Positions 8,861 through 17,531 of a stretch of DNA of 64,000 bases are shown piece by piece. The notes beneath the pieces were generated by a model, which saw nothing but the letters and a program-made list of their open reading frames with translations, ran no database searches and had not been told where the DNA came from. The number at the start of each line of letters is the position of its first letter. Position 1 is the first letter of the stretch. The stretch is from positions 1,408,001-1,472,000 of the forward strand of contig CBDCXL010000002.1 of the NCBI GenBank assembly GCA_965223795.1. Direction: 5' to 3'. A program made the translations under genes and the position numbers. This DNA is from Nitrospinales bacterium (GTDB lineage: Bacteria > Nitrospinota > Nitrospinia > Nitrospinales > VA-1).

Positions 8861-10213
8861 ATGAAAACCGGAAACGGCAGTCAACGTGGGTTTTGGGCTT
8901 CGCGGCTGGGGTTCATCCTCGCGGCGTCGGGTTCGGCCATCGGCCTGGGCAACATCTGGAAGTTTCCCTACATCACCGGGCAGAACGGCGGCGGCGCGTT
9001 CGTGCTGATCTATCTGCTGTGCATTTTCGTGGTGGGGCTGCCCATCATGCTCTCGGAATTCACGCTCGGCCGCAAAACCCAGCTCAACCCGGTGGGCGCG
9101 TTCGATACGCTCAAGCCCAAATCCCCCTGGGTGGGCATCGGTTTCATGGGCGTGCTGGCGGGGTTTCTCATCCTTTCCTTTTACGGCGTGGTCGGCGGCT
9201 GGACGCTGGCCTACGTCGTCAAGTCGGTCACGCAGTCGGCGCTGGCGTTCGACGACCCGCAGGCGGCGGGCGCGTTTTTCGGCAAGTTCATCGGCAACAC
9301 GGGTGAGGTGCTGTTCTACCACGCGCTGTTCATGTCGATCTGCATCGGCATCGTCATCAAGGGCGTGCACGGCGGCATCGAAAGAGCCTGCGACATCCTG
9401 ATGCCGACGCTGTTCGTCATCCTGCTTTTGTTGATGGTGCGTTCGCTCACGCTTCCGGGTGCGATGGAGGGCGTGAAGTTTTACCTCTACCCCGATTTCA
9501 GCAAGATCTCTCCCACCGTCATCCTCACCGCCATGGGGCAGGCGTTCTTCTCGCTCAGCCTGGGCATGGGCGCCATGCTCACGTACGGCAGCTACCTGTC
9601 GGGCAGGGAAAACCTCACTTCGGTGACGGTGTATGTGGTGCTGTTCGACACGATGATCGCGCTGCTGGTGGGCATGGTGATCTTCCCGGCGGTGTTCGCG
9701 ATGGGCCTGGAACCGGCGGAAGGGCCGAGCCTGGTGTTCAACGTGCTGCCGGCGGTGTTTTCCAGCATGCCGATGGGATCGCTGTTCGCGATCATCTTCT
9801 TCGCGCTGCTGGTCATCGCCGCGGTGACGTCCGGCATCTCGCTTCTGGAAGTGGTGGTGGCCTACTTCATCGACCAGAAAGGCTGGAGCCGCAAGAAGGC
9901 GGTGCTCACCGTGGGTTCGGTCATCTTCGCGTTCGGCGTGCCTTCGGGGCTTTCGTTCGGCGTGATGAACGACGTGAAATTCATGGGTATGACGTTCTTC
10001 GACAACGTGGACAACATCGCTTCCAACTACCTGCTGCCGCTCGGCGGCATGCTGACGGCGATTTTCGTCGGCTGGGTCTGGGGCACGAAGGCGGCGGAAG
10101 AGGAAATTGAAAAACACGAAACCAAATTCCACTGGGCGCACGCCTGGGGCATCCTGATCCGCTACGTCACGCCGGTCGCCGTCGCCTGCGTGTTCCTCGC
10201 GCATTTCTTCTGA
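8861..10213 (+). CDS. Sodium-dependent transporter, neurotransmitter:sodium symporter (NSS) family
   Basis: GSAIGLGNIWKFPY, NGGGAF, GQAFFSLSLG; many TM helices. Confidence 0.95.
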   Translation: MKTGNGSQRGFWASRLGFILAASGSAIGLGNIWKFPYITGQNGGGAFVLIYLLCIFVVGLPIMLSEFTLGRKTQLNPVGAFDTLKPKSPWVGIGFMGVLAGFLILSFYGVVGGWTLAYVVKSVTQSALAFDDPQAAGAFFGKFIGNTGEVLFYHALFMSICIGIVIKGVHGGIERACDILMPTLFVILLLLMVRSLTLPGAMEGVKFYLYPDFSKISPTVILTAMGQAFFSLSLGMGAMLTYGSYLSGRENLTSVTVYVVLFDTMIALLVGMVIFPAVFAMGLEPAEGPSLVFNVLPAVFSSMPMGSLFAIIFFALLVIAAVTSGISLLEVVVAYFIDQKGWSRKKAVLTVGSVIFAFGVPSGLSFGVMNDVKFMGMTFFDNVDNIASNYLLPLGGMLTAIFVGWVWGTKAAEEEIEKHETKFHWAHAWGILIRYVTPVAVACVFLAHFF

Positions 10214-10317
10214 TCCGCAATCCGCTTTTTTTACTCCTCCAAACAACGCTGGACGCCGCGCCGCACTCCACCTTAAGATAGTCGTTCCCTATCATCCGCG
10301 ATCAACAGGAGAGAACG

Positions 10318-10539
10318 ATGGCGCAGAAAGAATACAAGGTGGAGATCGTCAAGGAAGGCGCAATAGGAACGCTGTTTCTCGGAGCCAGCAAACTTCCGGT
10401 GGACAAACTGGAGGACACGCTGAACGACTACGGCAAGGAGGGCTGGGAACTGGAATTCATGGTGATCGAGAGCCACCGGTTCCTGCTGTTCTGGACCCGG
10501 GAAGCGGCGATCATCACGCTGTCCCGGCCGCGCGTCTGA
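10318..10539 (+). CDS. DUF4177-like small protein
   Basis: EYKV...LEDTLNDYGKEGWEL pattern; AGGAG RBS. Confidence 0.75.
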   Translation: MAQKEYKVEIVKEGAIGTLFLGASKLPVDKLEDTLNDYGKEGWELEFMVIESHRFLLFWTREAAIITLSRPRV

Positions 10540-10754
10540 GCCGCGAGTTCCACCAACGCCTCTTTCCGGGCACAAGCCGTTGAACCTGCAGTGCGCCGCG
10601 CTGCGATGCAGGGCCGGGTTTCATTGGGCAGCCTCGTGATTTTCGTGGTTCTGGCGGCTCTCAAGCGCGGACGGAAGACAGAATCTTTTTTCCCCGGCGG
10701 CGGGCTGCAGGCGTACAATAAAAAGGTACTGAGAAATTTCAGAGGAACGCTGTC

Positions 10755-11153
10755 ATGAAACGCGCATTGCCGATGATCGTTGTGCTTGCGGTGCTGGCCT
10801 GGGCCCCCGCGGTGTGGGGGCAGAGCGCGGACGCCTGCAAGACGCCGTTCATCCCCAACAATATTTTCAAGTTTCTGCTCAACTACACGCCCACCCTGGA
10901 GTGGATCGCCCAGTCTCAGGACGAAACCTGCCGCTCTCCCTTCATCGCCAAGCTCAAGGAAAATGTGAACAACACCTGGGTGATGACGCAGGGCTGCATC
11001 GACGTAACGATCGACGACATCGAACTTGCTGAGAAACAGCGCAGGGTCGCCACCCAAATGTCAAGCCAGGAGAAGGCGCTTGCCATAGAGAAGCTGGACC
11101 GGGATTTTCCCAAACCGGTGGACAAGACTTCTTCGCAAAACGGAGAGGGTTGA
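10755..11153 (+). CDS. Secreted hypothetical protein
   Basis: Signal peptide MKRALPMIVVLAVLAWAPAVWG; GAGG RBS. Confidence 0.75.
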   Translation: MKRALPMIVVLAVLAWAPAVWGQSADACKTPFIPNNIFKFLLNYTPTLEWIAQSQDETCRSPFIAKLKENVNNTWVMTQGCIDVTIDDIELAEKQRRVATQMSSQEKALAIEKLDRDFPKPVDKTSSQNGEG

Positions 11154-11162
11154 AACTTCTGA

Positions 11163-12017
11163 TCAGAAAGGGGGTCCGAGTTTTCCCTGAACCGCTGCGC
11201 GGTATTCCTTTGCGAAACGGGGCAGGTTGAGGTCTTTGGGATGGTCCTGCAGATGGCCGAGCAATCGCCGGTAGCGCTGTTCCGCGCCGGGTTGCTTGTT
11301 CAACCAGGCGGGACCGTTCGCGGCGCGCGCGAGCATGCGTTTTTCCAGCACGGGTTTCAGCCCGCCGGGATGGTAACCCAGGCGGCGTGCGTATTGCGCG
11401 GCCTTGCGATCCGCCGCGAATTCCTGTTCCGCATCGAGCCCCCGCTCAAAAATGAGGATTGCCGCCCGATCCGTCAGCCGCTTGAGCGCAGTGGTGTTCC
11501 CGTCCGCCCCCATCGGCATCAGCGCGGCGGGGAACGGTGAGTTTTTTTCCAGCGTTGCCAGCGCGTGCCGTTCGCTGATGTGCGCGACCGCGCGCCCCAG
11601 CACCGCCGCCAGCTGCGACTCGTCATTCAACAGTTTGAGCATCCCGCGGCTCACGAACACGTAACCTCCGGGCAGACCGAGAGAAAAGGGCGTATCGTCC
11701 GCCAGCACGGTGAACCGGTATTCGACACCGGCGCGTTCGGCCATCTGCGCCACCGCCTGCCCGACGAGGGCGACGTAGCGTTGCAGCGCGGCGTCCTGCA
11801 CAGCCGGGCCGTGCTCGCGGAACACGCGGACGGCGAGCGCCCGGCCGATCCAGCGTTCCTCTTTCATCCCGATGGGAGCCGAGTAGCTCAGGGGCCGCAC
11901 CGGGCCGATGCCGGGCCCGACGCCCGCGCCGCCCGAGACAACAGGGCCGCCGGCGCAGGCGGTGAGCGTGAACAGAATGGCGCCGCACAGTAAATACGTT
12001 TTCACTTCAAACTGCAT
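11163..12017 (-). CDS. M48 metallopeptidase-like lipoprotein with a degenerate zinc motif
   Basis: Lipobox LTAC; LPGGYVFVSRG, DESQLAAVLG, EFAAD; HExxH replaced by RAVAH. Confidence 0.8.
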   Translation of the reverse strand: MQFEVKTYLLCGAILFTLTACAGGPVVSGGAGVGPGIGPVRPLSYSAPIGMKEERWIGRALAVRVFREHGPAVQDAALQRYVALVGQAVAQMAERAGVEYRFTVLADDTPFSLGLPGGYVFVSRGMLKLLNDESQLAAVLGRAVAHISERHALATLEKNSPFPAALMPMGADGNTTALKRLTDRAAILIFERGLDAEQEFAADRKAAQYARRLGYHPGGLKPVLEKRMLARAANGPAWLNKQPGAEQRYRRLLGHLQDHPKDLNLPRFAKEYRAAVQGKLGPPF

Positions 12018-12091
12018 CCCTAAGGCTCGCTCTCAAAAAAAGAAATCACACGGGTATTTCAGAAACGTTTTCGCATTCATCCCAATCCATT

Positions 12092-12643
12092 TCACGGGCC
12101 GCCGGACGCATCCTGCCGGTACTCGCCCAGACCGCGTGCGGACAGAAAGGCGTCGACCTCCTGCGGCGTCACCTTCGGCGTTTCCATCGCCTCGACCGCC
12201 TGAATGGAGGCGTCGTCCGCACCGCCTGCGCGTTCCGGCTCATCGAGCAGCGGCTTGAGGCCGCGGATCATGGAACCGGAATCCGCTTCCTTCGCGGTGA
12301 TGACCGGGCCGCCGCCGAGCACGCCCCAGATTCCCGGATCGAAGTCCGGGTCCACGGGCGCGTTGCGGGTGAGCTTGAATTTGTACACCCAGCCCGTTCC
12401 GCCTTCAGGCAGGGACACTTGATAAAAGATGCGGGATTTTTTCAGCACGTCCACGGCCGCGCCGATCTCGAGCGTGCGCACAACGGGCGCTCGGGCCGAG
12501 GCCGCCGCGTGCATCCGGGTGCCGGACCGCTTCACATACAGCGTTTCACTGTGCGCCGCTTTCGGGAACACCCATTCACCCAGCAAAATTGCGCCGATAA
12601 AAAATAGAAAAGCGGATTTATCCCGGAATCGGTTTGCGGTCAT
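12092..12643 (-). CDS. SH3-domain secreted protein
   Basis: Signal peptide; bacterial SH3 pattern (VDVLKK..FYQV..GTGWV). Confidence 0.75.
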   Translation of the reverse strand: MTANRFRDKSAFLFFIGAILLGEWVFPKAAHSETLYVKRSGTRMHAAASARAPVVRTLEIGAAVDVLKKSRIFYQVSLPEGGTGWVYKFKLTRNAPVDPDFDPGIWGVLGGGPVITAKEADSGSMIRGLKPLLDEPERAGGADDASIQAVEAMETPKVTPQEVDAFLSARGLGEYRQDASGGP

Positions 12644-12670
12644 TTAGTTTGAGACGCGGTCGATGGAACT

Positions 12671-13780
12671 CTAAGGAACGGGCTGGTGCTGGAATTTCTG
12701 GCCGCGGCAGACGAGGTCGAGGGCGGGAACGGTGACTTCCTTGCCGTGGCAGGCTTCGACCTGGCCGATGACGCGGCAGTCCACTTCATGCTCTCTGGCG
12801 ATGGCGGCGGCGTCTTCGGCTTCGCGGGTGCCCTCGACGAGGAGGCAGAATCCGGTGCCCATGTTGAACACTTCGTGCATCTCGGCGTCGCTCACTTCGC
12901 CGCGGTCCTGGATGAGCTGGAACACCGGCAGCGCGGGCGGCGGCGCGTCGATGACGAAACGGATGTTCTCCGCCGCGACGCGGTTGAGGTTGCCGTAGCC
13001 GCCGCTGGTGATGTGCACCATGGCGTTGAGGCCGATGCCGGCGTCGAGCATGTCGAGCACGGGCTTGACGTAGATGCGGGTCGGCTCCAGCAGCTCCTCG
13101 CCGACGGTGCGGCCGAGCTTGTCCTCGAACTGGTTGACGGCGTCTTTCTGTTCCTCCCAGGTGGCGCCGAGCAGCACTTTGCGGGCGAGGGTGAGGCCGT
13201 TGGAATGCACGCCGGTGGCGGCCAGCCCGAGGATCAGGTTGCCGGGGCGGACGTTTTTTCCGATGTTGATCTGATCCAGGGCAACGTGGCCGATGCAGGC
13301 GCCGATGAGGTCGATGCCGCTGATGATCTCGCGGATCTGCGAGATCTCGCCGCCGGAGATGCTGACGCCCGCCTGCCAGGCGCCTTCGGCGAGGCCCTTG
13401 CCCAATTGGGCGAATACGTCTTCGTCGGTGAACGAGCAGGCGATGTAGTCGACCAGGCTGACGGGACGCGCGCCGACGCAGAGGACGTCGTTGACGTTCA
13501 TGGCGACGCAGTCGATGCCGATGGTGTCGTATTTCTGCATGAGCTCGGCGACGAGCACTTTGGTGCCGACGCCGTCGGTGCCGAAAGCGATGCCCTGGCC
13601 CGCGCCGATGTCGATGACGTTGGCGAAGTAGCCGATGTCCGCCGCCAGCGGATAACGCTCGTTGTAACTGCGGCTGGGGAGGATGTGCCGCAGCAGGCCG
13701 GACAGCGCTCCTTCCGCGCCTTTGCTGTCCACGCCGCTTTCCGCGTACCGGGACGTTTCTGTGAATTCGGATTTGCTCAT
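12671..13780 (-). CDS. purM: Phosphoribosylformylglycinamidine cyclo-ligase
   Basis: YAESGVD, GTDGVGTK, IGIDCVAMNVND, GVHSNG, HITSGG, FNMGTG. Confidence 0.95.
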   Translation of the reverse strand: MSKSEFTETSRYAESGVDSKGAEGALSGLLRHILPSRSYNERYPLAADIGYFANVIDIGAGQGIAFGTDGVGTKVLVAELMQKYDTIGIDCVAMNVNDVLCVGARPVSLVDYIACSFTDEDVFAQLGKGLAEGAWQAGVSISGGEISQIREIISGIDLIGACIGHVALDQINIGKNVRPGNLILGLAATGVHSNGLTLARKVLLGATWEEQKDAVNQFEDKLGRTVGEELLEPTRIYVKPVLDMLDAGIGLNAMVHITSGGYGNLNRVAAENIRFVIDAPPPALPVFQLIQDRGEVSDAEMHEVFNMGTGFCLLVEGTREAEDAAAIAREHEVDCRVIGQVEACHGKEVTVPALDLVCRGQKFQHQPVP

Positions 13781-13973
13781 GGGCTCCCGCCGTAACGCCG
13801 CTTTTAGGAAGCGGACGGCCGATCTTAAGGCACCGCAACAGGCGGCGAGGGTGCGCGGCGCCTTCGGGTTGCGAAAGTTCGGCTTATCTTAGCATTAAAC
13901 GGCGGTGGCGTCAGCGGAGAGTTGCGCGAACGCGAAATCGGTGTGGATGCCGGTGAGGGAACTTGCGTGCCTA

Positions 13974-15398
13974 TCAGGGATACACGCCCATGGTGCGGTA
14001 GCTGTTGTGGATCTTTTCGATGGCGAGCGCCATGGCGGCGACGCGGAAACTTTCGATGGCGTCGTTTTTCCAGTAGTAGTCGCGGATCTCGTTCCACGCC
14101 TTGCGCATGGTGTCGTCGAGTCCGGAGCGGACCAGGTCGATCTCCTCGGAGCCCTGGCAGATTTCTTTGGCCAGCGCCGGGGGAACGGTGTGCCCGGAAC
14201 CTTCGATGGCTTTGAGCAGAAGCAGGTTTTTGCTTTCCTCATAGCGGCGCTGGATGCGGCCGAAGCGGATGTGCGACAGGTTTTTGATCCACTCGAAATA
14301 GGAGACGATGACGCCTCCCGCGTTGAGGTAGACATCGGGGATGCTGGCCACGCCCTTTTCGCGCAGGATGGCTTCGGCGGCGAAGGTGACCGGCCCGTTG
14401 GCGGCTTCGGCGATGAGCCTGGCCTTGATGCGGGCGGCGTTCTGCTGATTGATGACGCCTTCCATCGCGGCGGGGATCAGGATGTCGCATTCGTGTTCGA
14501 GCACGGATTTGCCGTCTTCGACGTACTGCGCCCGGCTGTAGCCTTTGACGCCGCCGTTGGCCACTTTGTGCTGGTACACGGCTTCCACGTCCAGGCATTC
14601 GGAACTGATGAGCGCGCCGTCGTGCTCGATGATGCCGACGATCTTGGCGCCGTCTTCCTCCTGCAGGATTTTCGCGGTGTAGTAGCCGACGTTGCCCAGG
14701 CCCTGCACGATGATGCGCTTGCCTTCGAGGCCGCCTGTGAGTTTGGCGAGCTTGGCGTCTTCGGGATTGCGGAAGAATTCCCGCAGCCCGAACACCACGC
14801 CGCGGCCGGTCGCTTCCACGCGGCCCTGGATGCCGCCCATGGAGACGGGCTTGCCGGTGACGCAGGCCAGGTGGTCGATGTCGTTGGGCTTGTGCGAGGT
14901 GTAGGTGCTGACGATCCAGGCCATCTCTCTCTGGCCGGTGCCCATGTCGGGTGCGGGCACGTTGGTTCCGGAACCGATGTAATCTTTCTGAATGAGTTCG
15001 AAGGCGAACCGGCGCGTGATGCGCTCCATGGTTTCGCGGTCGTATTTCTGCGGGTCGATCAGCAGGCCGCCTTTCGAGCCGCCGAAAGGCACGTCGACGA
15101 GGGCGCATTTGTAGGACATGAGCGCCGCCAGGGCTTCCACTTCGTCCTGATCCACCATGGGGGAAAACCGGATGCCGCCTTTCACCGGCAGTTTGTGGTC
15201 GCTGTGCACAGCGCGCCAGCCGATGAAGGTTTCGATCCTGCCGTCGATCTTGACGGGGAACCGGACCTGGTACACGTTGTTGACGTTGCGGATGAACTGG
15301 GCCATTCCTTCGGGAATGTCCAGCACCGCACGGGCCAGATCGAAACTGAAATTCACGCTCTCCTTAAAACCGATTTCTTTTACCGGTGGCACGGACAT
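13974..15398 (-). CDS. gdhA: Glutamate dehydrogenase (Glu/Leu/Phe/Val dehydrogenase family)
   Basis: KGGIRF, PFGGSKGG, VPAPDMGT, VTGKP, QGLGNVG, EAANGP, NAGGVIVSYFEW; start taken at MSVPP after AAGGA. Confidence 0.93.
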   Translation of the reverse strand: MSVPPVKEIGFKESVNFSFDLARAVLDIPEGMAQFIRNVNNVYQVRFPVKIDGRIETFIGWRAVHSDHKLPVKGGIRFSPMVDQDEVEALAALMSYKCALVDVPFGGSKGGLLIDPQKYDRETMERITRRFAFELIQKDYIGSGTNVPAPDMGTGQREMAWIVSTYTSHKPNDIDHLACVTGKPVSMGGIQGRVEATGRGVVFGLREFFRNPEDAKLAKLTGGLEGKRIIVQGLGNVGYYTAKILQEEDGAKIVGIIEHDGALISSECLDVEAVYQHKVANGGVKGYSRAQYVEDGKSVLEHECDILIPAAMEGVINQQNAARIKARLIAEAANGPVTFAAEAILREKGVASIPDVYLNAGGVIVSYFEWIKNLSHIRFGRIQRRYEESKNLLLLKAIEGSGHTVPPALAKEICQGSEEIDLVRSGLDDTMRKAWNEIRDYYWKNDAIESFRVAAMALAIEKIHNSYRTMGVYP

Positions 15399-15746
15399 GA
15401 CGGTTTCCTTAATTGTTGGACATTGGGGACCGGCCTGCGGACCCAAAAGTTTGTAAATTTCAATAAGTTATCGAATAACTTCAGTATAAGCAAAAAGTCG
15501 TGCCAGCAAAGCCTTATTTTTCAATGTGAAAGCTGACCGGCTCACAACCCGTGATTTTTCAAGGAATCACCCTGAATTTTACACTAAATGACTTTGTAAA
15601 AATTGAACGGAAACCCGCTTTTTCAGGCCGATTGCCCTGCACGGCCCGCGCCTGTGTGGACAACCGGGGTGGAAACCGTTATCCTGAGATTATTAACTCT
15701 TTTAAATTCAATTGTCCATTGCCGGTATTCCGAGCCGGCGTCCTCT

Positions 15747-16166
15747 ATGATTCAGGTCACGCAGCGGATTTCGATCGCCACAAAAGGGAAGGGGCTCTAC
15801 AACATTCAGCGGGAAATCGACACCTGGCTGGCGCAGCAGAACATCCGCACCGGCCTTTTGACCGTTTTCATCCGCCACACTTCGGCCTCGCTGGTGGTGC
15901 AGGAAAACGCCGATCCGGATGTGTTGAAGGATCTGAAGGATTTTTTTCAGCGTCTGGTTCCGGAGGGCGATCCCGCCTACCGGCACTCGTCGGAAGGACC
16001 GGACGACATGCCGGCTCACATCCGCGCGGTGCTCAGCCAGACCCAGCTTGCGGTGCCGGTCGTGCAGGGGCGGCTGGAACTGGGAACCTGGCAGGACATC
16101 TACGTTTTCGAACACCGCACCTCGCCGCACCGGCGGGAAGTGGCGCTTCATCTTTTAGGCGAATGA
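15747..16166 (+). CDS. yjbQ: YjbQ/UPF0047 family protein
   Basis: HTSASL..QENADPDV, EGPDDMPAHI, LGTWQ. Confidence 0.9.
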   Translation: MIQVTQRISIATKGKGLYNIQREIDTWLAQQNIRTGLLTVFIRHTSASLVVQENADPDVLKDLKDFFQRLVPEGDPAYRHSSEGPDDMPAHIRAVLSQTQLAVPVVQGRLELGTWQDIYVFEHRTSPHRREVALHLLGE

Positions 16167-16202
16167 AGCGGAATTGAATACCGGCAGACCTGGAGTGCAA
16201 CA

Positions 16203-17063
16203 ATGTTGGCATCTTCACATCTCAGCGTGAATTCAGGAACCCCGCGCAATTGGAATCCGCGGGGGATCGCCCTTGCAGCCGCGTTCGCCTTTTTTCTCGC
16301 GCTGTCGGGCTGCGGCAACGATCCCGCCACTGAATCCGATGGCAATCCGAACGCAGTGAAAGAGCACCCCAAGATCGCCAAAGCGCGTGAACTGGTGCGA
16401 GAGAAGGATTACGAAGGCGCCATCGTCGCTGTTCATGAAATCCTCACCAAGGAAAAGGACAACGTCGATGCGCTGGCGTTTACGGGATATGTCTATTTGA
16501 AACAGGGCCGTCTTAGGGACGCGCGCGAGTGGTCGGAGCGGGCGCTCAAACTCGACGCGTACCTGGCGCTTCCGCTTGCGGTGAAAGCCGGCGTGGACTT
16601 TAAGACGCGCCGCTTCGACTCCGCGTTGGAACAGGCGCGCAAGGCGCTGCTCATCGACCCGAAGACCGCGCTGGCGTACCAGATCATCGGAGACATTTAT
16701 CTGAGACGCGGCTACATGGAACAAAGCGTCCAGGTTCTCGAGCAGGCGGCGGCACTGGAACCGGACGACGCCGAACTGCTCAATATTTTGAGTTCGGCGT
16801 ATCTGAAAACGAAAAACCATCCCGCCGCTCTGAAAGTCCTGCTCAAGGCCGTCGAGCTGGACCAGCAGATGCCGGGGGTGCATCTGAACCTCGCTCTGAC
16901 CTACGCGGCGATGGGTGAAGGCATGCCGGCGCTCAAGCACATCGGCATCTCGGAGGTCCTTTATGTGGAAGCCGAGAGCAAGCAATGGGTGGCCAAGGTG
17001 CGGGACGTGCGGCGCAACATCGAAAGAAAATTCAACGTGTCGCCGGAGCAGGTGACGCACTGA
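16203..17063 (+). CDS. TPR-repeat lipoprotein
   Basis: Lipobox LSGC followed by several TPR-like repeats; start uncertain. Confidence 0.8.
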   Translation: MLASSHLSVNSGTPRNWNPRGIALAAAFAFFLALSGCGNDPATESDGNPNAVKEHPKIAKARELVREKDYEGAIVAVHEILTKEKDNVDALAFTGYVYLKQGRLRDAREWSERALKLDAYLALPLAVKAGVDFKTRRFDSALEQARKALLIDPKTALAYQIIGDIYLRRGYMEQSVQVLEQAAALEPDDAELLNILSSAYLKTKNHPAALKVLLKAVELDQQMPGVHLNLALTYAAMGEGMPALKHIGISEVLYVEAESKQWVAKVRDVRRNIERKFNVSPEQVTH

Positions 17064-17531
17064 GGGCGTTTTCGCCGCCTCTGCCGGACTCCCCTGCGCG
17101 ATCGAAAAAGCGCAGCCCTTTGATTTTCAACCATCTTCCTTCTAATCACCGCTTATTGGAGCTTCGAAAGATCGACATCCCCATTCCCAGGCTGTAAACC
17201 GCGGAACCGCAACTGTTTTGCATCCCACACCGAATTTCTGCGCTCTCGGAAAGTCGAATTAAGTCAATGGATTACTAGACTTGTCCGAACTATTCATTTA
17301 CAATAACCCTTAAAATATCTTCATTTACATTACTTTAGAATTCAGTTTGTCGTGGTGGAAGGATGTGTTGTTTACCACCACGAAGCATCCGCATGCAGGA
17401 GTGTGTGCAGAATAAATATTCGTTCGCGAAATTCGCGAGCGCTCGCTTGCGAACGGATACTTGCAACCCGAAAACGTGCGATCGCGTTTTTGTAACCCGC
17501 AACTGTTTTGATTGCAACGGCACGTTGTCTC

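Noticed and set aside
17350..17390. H-type pseudoknot
   Set aside because: The linker after stem 1 is only 1-2 nt and cannot span a 9-bp stem. It is kept only as an alternative pairing.
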